A stretch of DNA of 64,000 nucleotides from Erythrobacter sp. Lineage in GTDB: Bacteria > Pseudomonadota > Alphaproteobacteria > Sphingomonadales > Sphingomonadaceae. Where the stretch lies: the NCBI RefSeq assembly GCF_030066995.1, contig NZ_JASJAP010000001.1, positions 539,230 to 603,229 on the forward strand, read 5' to 3'. How positions within the stretch are numbered: position 1 is the first letter of the stretch; the number at the start of each line of letters is the position of its first letter. A model generated the notes under the pieces. That model made no database searches, was not told where the DNA came from, and worked only from the letters and a program-made list of their open reading frames with translations. Shown here in pieces: positions 27,536 through 36,902 of the stretch. The translations under genes were made by a program, and so were the position numbers.

Positions 27536-28752
27536 TGAGCGGAGATCTTGTGGTGAGCACATTCAAAACCCTTGACGATCTGGGCGACATCACTGGTAAG
27601 GTTGCGCTCGTTCGCGTCGATCTCAATCTACCGATGAAGGACGGGTCTGCGACGGACCTCACCCGCGCCGAAGCGGTCAAGCCGACGATCCTTGAGCTTA
27701 GCGAGCGCGGGGCCAAGGTCTTGCTCCTTGCCCATTTCGGTCGCCCCAAAGGCCAACGCTCCTCGGTTCTCTCGACCAGCATGGTCGTTGGCGATGTCGA
27801 AGGCGTGATCGGCAAGGAGATCATGTTCATCCCCGAAGTTGCCGGGCCAGTGGTCGAACAGTCGATCGGCATCTTGCGCAACGGGGATGTCGGCCTGCTC
27901 GACAACACAAGGTTCTGGCCAGGCGAGGAAGCCAACGATCCCAATTTTGCGCAGGCGATCGCGGCGCACGGCGATTTCTACGTCAACGACGCGTTCAGCG
28001 CTGCTCACCGTGCGCATGCGACGACCGAGGGGTTGGCGCACCAGCTTCCGGCCTTCGCCGGGCGCGCTATGGAAGCCGAACTGAAGGCGCTCGACGCCGC
28101 ACTCGGCAACCCCGAGGCTCCAGTTGCCGCCGTGGTCGGCGGTGCAAAAGTCTCGACCAAGCTGGCTGTGCTCGAAAATCTCGTGGGGCGCGTCCAGCAC
28201 CTCATCATCGGCGGCGGCATGGCGAACACCTTCCTCGCCGCGCGCGGGGTCGATGTGGGCAAGTCGTTATGCGAGCGCGACCTTGCCGATAGGGCGTCTC
28301 GGATCATGGACGAGGCCGACCATGCAGGCTGCACCGTCCATCTTCCCTATGATGTGGTGGTAGCCAGGGAATTCGCCGAGAATCCGGAGTCATTGCGCAC
28401 CTGCAATGTCCACGAAGTGGCTGGAGATGAAATGATCCTCGACATTGGCCCGCAGGCGACCGAAGCGCTCGCCGACGTGCTCAAGACCTGCCGCACTCTG
28501 GTGTGGAACGGCCCGCTCGGCGCGTTCGAGACCGAGCCCTTCGACGCTGCAACCATGGCGCTTGCGCGTCACGTGGCCGCGTTGACGCAGGAGGGCTCGC
28601 TCGTCAGCGTTGCGGGAGGCGGTGACACTCTGGCCGCGCTCGCACAGGCGGGTGTGACCGGCGATGTCACCTATGTTTCGACCGCGGGCGGAGCGTTCCT
28701 CGAATGGATGGAAGGCAAGGAGCTTCCCGGCGTGGCGGCTCTCGGCGCGTAG
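27535..28752 (+). CDS. pgk: phosphoglycerate kinase
   Basis: Motifs VRVDLNLPM and GGGASLE-like. The true start may be the GTG near 27553 ([10 protein letters not shown]). Confidence 0.9.
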   Translation: MSGDLVVSTFKTLDDLGDITGKVALVRVDLNLPMKDGSATDLTRAEAVKPTILELSERGAKVLLLAHFGRPKGQRSSVLSTSMVVGDVEGVIGKEIMFIPEVAGPVVEQSIGILRNGDVGLLDNTRFWPGEEANDPNFAQAIAAHGDFYVNDAFSAAHRAHATTEGLAHQLPAFAGRAMEAELKALDAALGNPEAPVAAVVGGAKVSTKLAVLENLVGRVQHLIIGGGMANTFLAARGVDVGKSLCERDLADRASRIMDEADHAGCTVHLPYDVVVAREFAENPESLRTCNVHEVAGDEMILDIGPQATEALADVLKTCRTLVWNGPLGAFETEPFDAATMALARHVAALTQEGSLVSVAGGGDTLAALAQAGVTGDVTYVSTAGGAFLEWMEGKELPGVAALGA

Positions 28753-28756
28753 ACAC

Positions 28757-29182
28757 ATGGCGGACATAACTGGCGAGATTCAGGCGCTCGAGCTGCGTTT
28801 CATGCAAAGCTGGATGCACCGCGATGCGAGCGCGATCAAAGGGCTCGCCGCGCGCGATTGCATGCTAATCTTCGGCACCAACCCGCCGGAACTGCTCGAT
28901 CGGCCCAGCTTTACGGCGGCGGTTGAGAAGGACTTTCGGTGTCTTGGCTTTCGTATGGGGGAAAGCGTTGTAACCCGTCATGGACGCGCCGCCTGGTTTA
29001 CCGCGCCGGTTGAGCTTGAGCTCAGGCTTGGCGCGCGCGATTGGCAGGGGCGTTTTCTGGTCGTTGCACTGTGGCGCAAATTCCGGATTGGCGGCTGGAA
29101 AACGGTTGAGCGCAGCCTCGCGCCGCTAGACAAGGATGATCGCCTCGCCGAAAGCGTTCGCCGGTTGCAGATGTGGCAGTGA
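28757..29182 (+). CDS. SnoaL-like / DUF4440 (NTF2-fold) protein
   Basis: 141 aa with no catalytic motifs, assigned by size and composition. Confidence 0.5.
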   Translation: MADITGEIQALELRFMQSWMHRDASAIKGLAARDCMLIFGTNPPELLDRPSFTAAVEKDFRCLGFRMGESVVTRHGRAAWFTAPVELELRLGARDWQGRFLVVALWRKFRIGGWKTVERSLAPLDKDDRLAESVRRLQMWQ

Positions 29183-30246
29183 TGACCCGCTTTTTCGTGA
29201 CTTTGCTGGCTTTTTTCGCCGCCCAGCCCGCTTGGGCTCAGACCAGCGACTACGCGGCGTTTGGGGCGTTTCTGGAGGCCTTTCGCAAGGAATCCGGTAC
29301 TCCTGCCCTCAGCGCCCTGATTGTCAGGGATGGAGAGATCGCTTGGGAGACGTATCTTGGCACGTACGATGACGAGGGCGAACGGCCGACGCGGGCTGAG
29401 ACAACCTATAAGATCGCATCGGTAACCAAACCGATCGCCGCGACCGCCATTCTTGAAGAGAGTAGCAAGGCCGGTCTCTCACTCAATACGCGAATGGATC
29501 GGGACGACGAATGGAGCGAGCTTTGCGAGTTCTTTGTCTCCAGCACTCCGATCCCGTTCATGGCCGGTGGCAAGGATCGTATGGGCAATCCGATCGCGCC
29601 GATGGACTGCTCCAAGCCGACCAGCATCGCCGACATGCTCGACATGCGCGCAAATGGGGCTGAATTCGTGTACAATCCGATCGCCTTCGCACGGCTCGAT
29701 CGCGCCATCCTCGGTGGTCGCGGACGCGCCTTGAGAGACATAGTGCGCGAACGGGTTGTAGATCCGGCTGGCATGGCGGATACCGCTCTGGGCTGGCGCG
29801 ATCCGCAGGGAGGCGCCGCGCTTCGACATCTCGCCGAACCCTTCCATGTGATCGAAGGACGCGCGGTGAAACAAGTCCTGCCCGACGATGACTTTCGCGC
29901 GGCGGCCGGCATTATCGCCAACCCGCGTGCCATTGCTGCCTTCGACATCGCGTTTGACCGCGGCGATTTTGGTGATGTGGGGGAGTTGACGCGCCTGCCC
30001 ATCGGTCCGCTTGGCGATTACCGGCGCGGCTGGTTTCTCGAGGATTGGAACGGCACACGTCTGATGTGGCATTCGGGCTGGAACGAGAAGAAGTACTCAG
30101 CGCTCTACCTCAAAGTGCCAGCGAAGCGGCTGACATTAATCGTGCTGGCCAACACCGAAGCGGTTTGGTGGAGCAACTCTCTGGTCAAGGCCGAGGTGGT
30201 GCAAAGCCCGATTGCCGCGCGGTTCCTGGAGACCTTCGTACAATGA
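29182..30246 (+). CDS. beta-lactamase-family serine hydrolase, secreted
   Basis: Signal peptide MTRFFVTLLAFFAAQPAWA, followed by the SxxK motif ASVTKP. Confidence 0.6.
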   Translation: MTRFFVTLLAFFAAQPAWAQTSDYAAFGAFLEAFRKESGTPALSALIVRDGEIAWETYLGTYDDEGERPTRAETTYKIASVTKPIAATAILEESSKAGLSLNTRMDRDDEWSELCEFFVSSTPIPFMAGGKDRMGNPIAPMDCSKPTSIADMLDMRANGAEFVYNPIAFARLDRAILGGRGRALRDIVRERVVDPAGMADTALGWRDPQGGAALRHLAEPFHVIEGRAVKQVLPDDDFRAAAGIIANPRAIAAFDIAFDRGDFGDVGELTRLPIGPLGDYRRGWFLEDWNGTRLMWHSGWNEKKYSALYLKVPAKRLTLIVLANTEAVWWSNSLVKAEVVQSPIAARFLETFVQ

Positions 30247-30701
30247 GCGAGCAGACGACCGAATACGGTTACGGCCATGCGGTGCCGGCGACCGAGGGCG
30301 AGTTTGCGGGGTGGTATCACTGGAGCCACGACCCGTTCGAAAGTAGCTCGGGTCCATTCTTCATGCGCCGCGAAGAAGACGGTTCGTACTTGAGCGCCTT
30401 TCGCGCCGAGGAAAAACACATGAACGGGGCAGGCTCGATGCACGGCGGATGCCTGATGACCTTCGCCGACTTTGCTCTGTTCGCGATTGCAACCGATGAG
30501 CTAAAGGGCGCGAACGCTGTGACCCTCAACCTGTCGGGCGATTTTCTGGGCGGTATCTCGCCCGGAGCGCTGGTCGAAGCGCGCGGCGAAGTCACGCGCG
30601 GCGGAGGAAAAACGATCTTCGTGCGCGGTCTCATTACCGGCGACGGGAAACCAGCGTTCAGCTTTACCGGGATCATCCGCAAAATCTCACCGCGCGCCTA
30701 G
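30243..30701 (+). CDS. PaaI-family hotdog-fold thioesterase
   Basis: About 150 aa with HGG motif (MHGGCLMTFAD) and a hotdog fold. The ATGA overlaps the upstream gene. Confidence 0.7.
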   Translation: MSEQTTEYGYGHAVPATEGEFAGWYHWSHDPFESSSGPFFMRREEDGSYLSAFRAEEKHMNGAGSMHGGCLMTFADFALFAIATDELKGANAVTLNLSGDFLGGISPGALVEARGEVTRGGGKTIFVRGLITGDGKPAFSFTGIIRKISPRA

Positions 30702-30932
30702 GCGATCGCCCTTCCGCTCATGAAAAACCGCTTTACTTTCAAGAAGCCGCGGCCTAAGGGCCCGCGCGCTGATCTGGCGGTGTTGTAAGCCGCAGGGCGC
30801 GTTATGGCTCTGCCATTTATGTGTTCCCGGATTGGCACTGCCCTTTCACGGCAAGCACTTGGGTCCAGTGCGGTATATCCCGTCTGGGCATGTGCACCTG
30901 GGACGGCGAAAGCCAAGCTGGTTCGAGTCCAG

Positions 30933-31004
30933 CGCTGGATAGCTCAAAGGTAGAGCACCCGACTTCGAATCGGGGTGTTGTGGGTTCAAATCCTACTCCA
31001 CCAA
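30933..31004 (+). tRNA. tRNA-like element (anticodon UCG, Arg-type) with imperfect acceptor stem; possible pseudo-tRNA
   Basis: Canonical U8 A9. D-arm GCUC-AAAGGUA-GAGC. Anticodon arm CCCGA-CUUCGAA-UCGGG. T-arm GUGGG-UUCAAAU-CCUAC. 3' end UCCACCA. The 5' acceptor strand CGCUGGA mispairs with the 3' strand at positions 1-72 and 3-70. It is preceded by a duplicated T-arm/acceptor fragment at 30917-30941. Confidence 0.4.
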
Positions 31005-31427
31005 GCCTTTCCAAGGCTCCTCAAAACTCGGGGAGGCCGGGCAGACAATCCAGCCGCGGCGAGGCGGCGAACCAACGTCTTCCGACCCGCGTTCTGCCAA
31101 ATTGCCAAGGCACCGGTATCGGGCCTAGCGCCTTTGGGGATACCGGCAGATATGGCACCCGATGACGCGGTGTCCACCGGCGCAGATCCTTTAGGATGTG
31201 TGGACGCGGATGCAGCGGGAACCGGGGCCTGATCTGCCTCAACCGAAGGCCCGGCGTGATAGCGGGGATGTGTCTCCCGGCCGAACCACTTTCCGGTGTT
31301 TCAAGTGTGCGACGCTACGGCTTCGGGAGGTTTTCAGAAAAACTGGTTGCAAGTGTAACGAATCACGTCTACCCGCGCGCTCCCTCTGGCGGGATGGTCC
31401 CGCAGGAGCGAGTACAGGAGACGCAAG

Positions 31428-32573
31428 ATGAAGACTTTCATTATTGCCGAAAACCAGCGCGGTCTCCTGGTCAAGGATGGCCGCCTCGTTCAGGTCCTTG
31501 GACCCGGACGTCACTTCTACTGGCTGTGGAACAGCCGCCGGATGAGCTGCGATATCGTGGCTGCGACCGGCGTGTGCGCCTCGCCGCTGGTAGACGGTGT
31601 CGAGAAGCGCCACCCCGAACTCGCGGAGGCGAATTTCGAAATCGTCGCGCCGGTCCAGGGCGAAGTGGCGATTGTGCGGACCGATGGTCGGGCGACCCAG
31701 ATTGTGCGCGGCGGCGACGTCGTGCGGGTCTGGAAGGTGCTCGACGCGATCTCGGTCGACGTGATCGACGTTGAGGCCGAGCCGAAGCTGTCCAAGCGCC
31801 TGTTGAACGAACTGCGTCCGGCTTCGGTTGTGCGCAGCGAGGCTAGCACCACGATCAAACTGGTGGAGGTCAGCGAAGCTGAAACGGCCATCGTGCTGTT
31901 CGACGGTGAGCTTTACGAGACGGTTGGCCCGGGTCGCTACGGCTACTGGCAGGTCGGTCGTGTGGTGAATGCCAAGGCGCTGGACACGCGTCCGGTGCCG
32001 CTGGAAGTGACGGCCCAGGAAATCCTGACGAAGGACCGTGTCAGCATCCGTGTGACGCTGACCAGCTTCGTCAAGGTAACCGACGCCGTGGTCGCCGCTA
32101 TGGCAACGCCCGACTATCAGGCGCACGTCTACAAGCTGGTCCAGTTCGCAGTCCGTGAGGCTGTCGCGGGCCGGACGCTCGACGAGCTTCTGAACGACCG
32201 GGTCAAGGTTGACGCCGAGATCGTCGGTGAAGTCCGCCGTCAGGTGGAAGGCACTGGTGTCGAAGTGACCGGCCTTGCCATCAAGGACGTGATCCTTCCG
32301 GGTGAGATGCGCGAGCTGATCAATCGGGTGGTCGAAGCGGAAAAGGTCGCGCAAGCGAACCTGATCCGCCGGCGTGAAGAGACGGCGGCAACCCGCAGCC
32401 TGCTCAACACGGCGAAACTGATGGCGGACAATCCGGTTCTGATGCGTCTGAAGGAGCTCGAAGCGCTTGAGCGTGTGACCGACAAGATCGGCCACATCGA
32501 GGTCAAGACCGGGTCGGGCGAGGGCCTTGAGGTGCTCACTCAGCAGCTGGTGAAGATCGCGGATCGCGACTGA
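31428..32573 (+). CDS. SPFH / band-7 (stomatin-prohibitin-flotillin-HflC/K) domain protein, with no TM segment
   Basis: The C-terminal two-thirds is a typical SPFH domain with a coiled-coil tail (ILTKDRVSIRVTLTSFVKV...VEVTGLAIKDVILPGEMR...AEKVAQANL). The N-terminal region is a partial repeat of the SPFH N-lobe (LVQVLGPGRHFYW). Confidence 0.65.
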   Translation: MKTFIIAENQRGLLVKDGRLVQVLGPGRHFYWLWNSRRMSCDIVAATGVCASPLVDGVEKRHPELAEANFEIVAPVQGEVAIVRTDGRATQIVRGGDVVRVWKVLDAISVDVIDVEAEPKLSKRLLNELRPASVVRSEASTTIKLVEVSEAETAIVLFDGELYETVGPGRYGYWQVGRVVNAKALDTRPVPLEVTAQEILTKDRVSIRVTLTSFVKVTDAVVAAMATPDYQAHVYKLVQFAVREAVAGRTLDELLNDRVKVDAEIVGEVRRQVEGTGVEVTGLAIKDVILPGEMRELINRVVEAEKVAQANLIRRREETAATRSLLNTAKLMADNPVLMRLKELEALERVTDKIGHIEVKTGSGEGLEVLTQQLVKIADRD

Positions 32574-32734
32574 TCCACTTGTCTTCCTCTAGCCGGGGCG
32601 GAGATGTCGGGAATACCCCGGCGTTTCCGCCCCTTTTTGGTGCGGTATTTGTGCTTGGCGTTGCAGGCTTGTGGGGCGCTGGCTAAGGGAAATTCAGCGC
32701 CAATACGCTTGGGAAAAGGGGGATCACACACGCC

Positions 32735-33625
32735 ATGAACACACAGGAAATGACCGCAAAAATCGCCGAAGGTCAGGGCTTCATCGCCGCGCTTGACCAG
32801 TCCGGGGGTTCCACGCCCAAGGCGCTGCGCGGTTACGGCGTCGACGACAGCGAATGGTCGGGGGATGACCAGATGTTCGCGCAGATCCACCAGATGCGCG
32901 CCCGCGTCATCACAAGCCCGTGTTTTGCCAGCGGCAAGGTAATCGGCGCGATACTGTTTGAAAAGACGATGGACGGTGAAGTGGATGGCATGCCCACCGC
33001 AGACGCTCTGAAGGCGCGCGGCGTCGTTCCCTTCATCAAGGTCGATCAGGGGCTCGCCGACGAAACCGATGGTGTGCAACTGATGAAACCGCTCGACAAG
33101 CTCCCTGCGCTGCTCGAAAAATCGGTCGCCAAGGGCATGTTCGGCACAAAGATGCGCTCAGTCATCAAATCGGCAAACCCCGCCGGTATCGCAGCGATCG
33201 TCGCGCAGCAGTTCGAGGTTGGCAATCGGATTGCCGATGCGGGTCTTATGCCGATGCTGGAGCCTGAATACGACATCACCGCGGAAGATCGCGAGGCGGG
33301 CGAAGAGATTTTGCTCGCCGAGATCCTGAAAGGTCTCGACGCGCTTCCCGAAGGCCGCAAGGTGATGCTGAAGCTCTCGATCCCGGTGAAACCGGGGCTT
33401 TACACCCCAGTGGTCGAGCATCCCAACGTGCTGCGCGTGGTTGCCTTGTCGGGCGGCTATTCCACCGATGAAGCGTGCGCGCATCTGGCGAAGAACCCGG
33501 GCATGATCGCAAGCTTTTCGCGCGGTCTGTTGCAAGACCTTCGCAAAGACCAGTCCGACATCGAATTTAACGGCGCGCTCAGCGAGGCGATCGATCAGAT
33601 TGCGGCGGCCAGCGTCGCGGGCTGA
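32735..33625 (+). CDS. fba: fructose-bisphosphate aldolase, class I
   Basis: Class I (Schiff-base) FBA family. Motifs ALDQSGGSTPKAL and ILFEKTMD. Confidence 0.85.
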   Translation: MNTQEMTAKIAEGQGFIAALDQSGGSTPKALRGYGVDDSEWSGDDQMFAQIHQMRARVITSPCFASGKVIGAILFEKTMDGEVDGMPTADALKARGVVPFIKVDQGLADETDGVQLMKPLDKLPALLEKSVAKGMFGTKMRSVIKSANPAGIAAIVAQQFEVGNRIADAGLMPMLEPEYDITAEDREAGEEILLAEILKGLDALPEGRKVMLKLSIPVKPGLYTPVVEHPNVLRVVALSGGYSTDEACAHLAKNPGMIASFSRGLLQDLRKDQSDIEFNGALSEAIDQIAAASVAG

Positions 33626-33635
33626 TACGCCGCGT

Positions 33636-34052
33636 TTAGGAGTCGCTGTCCTTGTTGCTCTCGACCAGCTCGTCGGGGACAAAAGCCAGCTCCAGACGGT
33701 AATCGTTGATCGGGATTGCTCCGTTTTGGCTTGGTGGCACTCCCGCGCTCATGAGAACCAGATAACCGCCTTCGATCCGGGCGCCTTCGCCAAGGACAAG
33801 GACAATCTGCTGAGGACCGCTTTCGGTGTGCAAGATCGCTGTGATCACCATCGTCTGAGTGCGCGCGCACAGCTCCCAGTCAAGGCAGCGCGTGTCGGCA
33901 AAGACATTTAGCGGGGTGACATCAACACGGCCCACCTGCACGCGCTGAAAGAACGCCACGTCGCTCTCGACTGAAACCTCAGCTTTTAGCGGCGACGCAA
34001 GGGCACCGGCGAGGGCTAGAGCGGGCAGCGCGAAGCGCCGGACAAAGGCCAT
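33636..34052 (-). CDS. hypothetical secreted protein
   Basis: Signal peptide MAFVRRFALPALALAGALA. 138 aa. Confidence 0.45.
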   Translation of the reverse strand: MAFVRRFALPALALAGALASPLKAEVSVESDVAFFQRVQVGRVDVTPLNVFADTRCLDWELCARTQTMVITAILHTESGPQQIVLVLGEGARIEGGYLVLMSAGVPPSQNGAIPINDYRLELAFVPDELVESNKDSDS

Positions 34053-34177
34053 GGTCAGATCTCCTTAACGGAATATATACCATAATCTTTGACGCCGTGT
34101 TGGGCGTTCGAAGGGTGTGTCTCAGACAAGGACAATCGCCATGGTCATGCCAATGACGGCGCGCTAGGGGGCTGGCC

Positions 34178-34822
34178 ATGAGTGATACGAACGAGCGCAC
34201 GCAGCTTTACCTCATATCTCCGCTTCAAGTTGACGGGGACTTCCCACAGCGACTTGAGCGTGCTCTGGCGGCAGGACAGGGTTCGGTGACCGCCTTTCAG
34301 TTTCGCGTGAAGAGCGTTGACCAACACGAAGCCGTAAGGCTGGCCGCACCGCTTCAGGCCATTTGCGCCTCTTACGACTGCGCTTTCATCGTCAACGACA
34401 GCGTTTCGCTGGCCAAGCGGATCAAGGCCGACGGCGTGCATCTGGGTCAAGACGACGGGGATCCGAAAGAAGCGCGCGAGGCTTTGGGTCGCGACGCCCA
34501 AATCGGTGTGACATGTCACGCTTCCAAGCACCTAGCGATGGAAGCGGGTGAGGCAGGCGCGGACTATGTCGCGTTTGGGGCGTTCTACCCTTCTTCGACC
34601 AAAGACAAAGGCGCGGATGCCAAGCGTCCCGAACCCGACCTAATCGCCTGGTGGGTTCGGCTTTTCGAGATCCCGGTAGTCGCCATCGGAGGCATAACAC
34701 CCGAGAACTGCACGCCTCTGGTCAACGCGGGAGCCGACTTTCTCGCAGTCTCGGGCGCGGTGTGGAACGGCGATGAGGCGGAGGCGGTCAAAGCGTTCAC
34801 CAAGGCAGTGATCGCCGATTGA
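34178..34822 (+). CDS. thiE: thiamine-phosphate synthase
   Basis: TMP-TENI fold. Motifs VHLGQDD and VAIGGIT. Confidence 0.85.
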   Translation: MSDTNERTQLYLISPLQVDGDFPQRLERALAAGQGSVTAFQFRVKSVDQHEAVRLAAPLQAICASYDCAFIVNDSVSLAKRIKADGVHLGQDDGDPKEAREALGRDAQIGVTCHASKHLAMEAGEAGADYVAFGAFYPSSTKDKGADAKRPEPDLIAWWVRLFEIPVVAIGGITPENCTPLVNAGADFLAVSGAVWNGDEAEAVKAFTKAVIAD

Positions 34823-34834
34823 CGCCCCGCGCCC

Positions 34835-35620
34835 TTATTCGGCTGGCTCGCTCGCTTCCTCGGCCTGCTTCATCCGTATGTAAAAGCCCAAGGTACTACC
34901 GGTGAACTGGCCCATCGCGATTGCTTTGCCCTGTTCGTCGAGCTGCAGAACACCAATCTCGCCCTCTGTGAGCCGCAGGCCCGTCGATTTGAAGATGTTT
35001 CCGCCGTGCGAGATAAGCGCGACGTTTCCATCGGCCAGGACTGGGGCGAGTTCGTCAATTACTTCGCTGGTTTCGCGGGCCGCTTGATCGAGCGGGCGCT
35101 TGCTCTGGGCACCGGGATCGTGGTGCATCAGCCGATTATCCGTTTCGTACTCGGCGCCAAACATGTATCGTGCGGTCTCCGTAGCGCGGCACATTGGGCT
35201 GGTGATTACACGCGCAATCGGGATTCCGGCAGCGCGGATCAAGGTGCCGGTCTCGTGCGAGCTTACCACACCGGCGACGGACAGATTGCGCTGGGCGCGG
35301 CATTCGGCAGGTGGACGAGTGTAGTCGTCAGCGCGCGAGGGCACTTCCGTGCGCTCGTGCCGGATCAGCATGATGTAGCCGCCTTCCCGGAGCTTCTCGA
35401 TAACCTCGAAACTTGTGTAAAGCGGCATAGCAGGGTTGGCCGGGGCCGCCGCAGGCCCCGCTTCCGCCGCCGTAGGCGTGGGGACTTCGCTCTGTTGCGC
35501 GTGCGCGTATGCTGGCGTTGATTGGACAGCGTAAAAGGCTGACGCGGCAAAGATTAGGGCAGCGTTGCCCGTTGCGAAGAGGTTGTGGGCCAAAGTACGG
35601 TTCTCCAGAAGATGAGACAC
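34835..35620 (-). CDS. histidine phosphatase superfamily protein (phosphoglycerate-mutase-like), secreted
   Basis: Signal peptide. The RHG-type catalytic motif IRHERT. C-terminal ISHGGNI. Confidence 0.65.
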   Translation of the reverse strand: MSHLLENRTLAHNLFATGNAALIFAASAFYAVQSTPAYAHAQQSEVPTPTAAEAGPAAAPANPAMPLYTSFEVIEKLREGGYIMLIRHERTEVPSRADDYTRPPAECRAQRNLSVAGVVSSHETGTLIRAAGIPIARVITSPMCRATETARYMFGAEYETDNRLMHHDPGAQSKRPLDQAARETSEVIDELAPVLADGNVALISHGGNIFKSTGLRLTEGEIGVLQLDEQGKAIAMGQFTGSTLGFYIRMKQAEEASEPAE

Positions 35621-35726
35621 TGTCTCCTAGATGGGTTTCTCGCTTTGTCGAGAGCGAAAAAGGTGGCTTGGCTCCGCTCTGTCAGGCTTTGCTTGATAGG
35701 ACGCGAGCGGCCGAGCGCCGTCAGCC

Positions 35727-36101
35727 TCACCCCGTACCGGCAAGTCGTGTGCAGCGTAGGCGGCCGAGCGCGCCGTCGACCTCAACGCGTTGGACGGTAT
35801 TATCGCCAACACGCTCAAAGCGCTGGCCCTTCTTGGGCCCACTTGTAAAGATCAACTCGTTACCCCGCAGCAGATACAGGCCGCGCTGGCCCTGCGCGTC
35901 GCGATAGGCGGAACCCGGGATGATGAGAAAGCTCTCGGTTTCCACCGGTTCAAAGGCAAGGCCATCCGCATCGCCGGGCAGTGCGCACTGATAAGCACCG
36001 TGGGGCAGCGTGCGCAGCGGGCGACCTTCCTGGGCGACGATTGGTGCCGCCGCCGCAAGGACAGCGACAGCGGTCAGGAGCAGGATGGACGACGTCTTCA
36101 T
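35727..36101 (-). CDS. hypothetical secreted protein
   Basis: Signal peptide MKTSSILLLTAVAVLAAAAPIVA. 124 aa. Confidence 0.4.
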   Translation of the reverse strand: MKTSSILLLTAVAVLAAAAPIVAQEGRPLRTLPHGAYQCALPGDADGLAFEPVETESFLIIPGSAYRDAQGQRGLYLLRGNELIFTSGPKKGQRFERVGDNTVQRVEVDGALGRLRCTRLAGTG

Positions 36102-36332
36102 AGGGTATGCCAGTCTTGGTTTACCTCCCGTCCTATCATCGGTGTTCGGTTGTGGCCACGCGCTTAACCATCTTGTGAGCGCAGGAACTCCTCCTGAAAC
36201 GCCTCTTCACAAGGCTTGTTGTCGCTTGCGCGCTCGTCTATGCGCGCCCATCACGTGACGCTGCGTAGCAAGGGCCATGCTCAAGCTTTTCGCCAGCGCC
36301 AGACACTTACGCGCACAACCCAAGAGAACCTC

Positions 36333-36896
36333 ATGAAAATCAGCGGCGTCGACATTCGTCCGGGCAACATCATCGAATACGAGAACGGCATTTGGAAAGT
36401 CGCCAAGATCCAGCACACGCAGCCGGGCAAGGGCGGGGCGTATATGCAAGTGGAAATGAAAAACCTGCAGGATGGCCGCAAGACCAATGTCCGCTTCCGG
36501 AGCGCCGACACGGTCGAGAAGGTGCGGCTTGATACACAGGAATACCAGTTCCTCTATGAAGATGGCGACATGCTCGTCTTCATGGACACGAACACCTACG
36601 AGCAGATCAATCTCCCGAGCGATCTGTTGGGCGACGCCCGCCCGTTCCTTCAAGACGGCATGCAGGTCATGCTGGAGCTGTGGGAGGAAAAGCCGATCAG
36701 TGTGCAATTGCCGCAGCAGATCGAAGCGGAGATCGTAGAGGCAGACGCGGTGGTGAAAGGCCAGACGGCCTCTTCCAGTTACAAGCCGGCCGTGCTCGAC
36801 AACGGCGTTCGCATAATGGTCCCCCCCCATATTGAAAGCGGCACGCGGATCGTGGTCGATGTGTACGAACAAACTTATGTGGGGAAGGCTGGCTAA
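36333..36896 (+). CDS. efp: elongation factor P
   Basis: [23 protein letters not shown]...[16 protein letters not shown] is the classic EF-P N-terminus with the conserved lysine loop. Confidence 0.9.
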   Translation: MKISGVDIRPGNIIEYENGIWKVAKIQHTQPGKGGAYMQVEMKNLQDGRKTNVRFRSADTVEKVRLDTQEYQFLYEDGDMLVFMDTNTYEQINLPSDLLGDARPFLQDGMQVMLELWEEKPISVQLPQQIEAEIVEADAVVKGQTASSSYKPAVLDNGVRIMVPPHIESGTRIVVDVYEQTYVGKAG

Positions 36897-36902
36897 GCTG
36901 AC

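Noticed and set aside
30817-31014. 65-aa minus-strand ORF (MERLGGVGFEPTTPRFEVGCSTFEL…)
   Set aside because: It is the classic antisense translation of a tRNA-like sequence, not a protein.
30790-31430. Two-piece (permuted) alphaproteobacterial tmRNA (ssrA) hypothesis for the tRNA-like region
   Set aside because: A UCCACCA 3' end and a lone T-arm fragment initially suggested an acceptor piece. The element has a full anticodon arm, which tmRNA lacks. No ANDN…AA tag-peptide reading frame or resume codon is present anywhere in the 31000-31430 region.
34053-34177. TPP riboswitch upstream of thiE
   Set aside because: The plus strand has GGGUG…CUCAGA…AUGCC…GCUAGGGGG fragments reminiscent of a THI element. 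The invariant CUGAGA is replaced by CUCAGA. The palindromic GUCUGAGAC on the other strand lacks the upstream GGGG pairing partner. This is not convincing on either strand without a covariance-model scan (RF00059).
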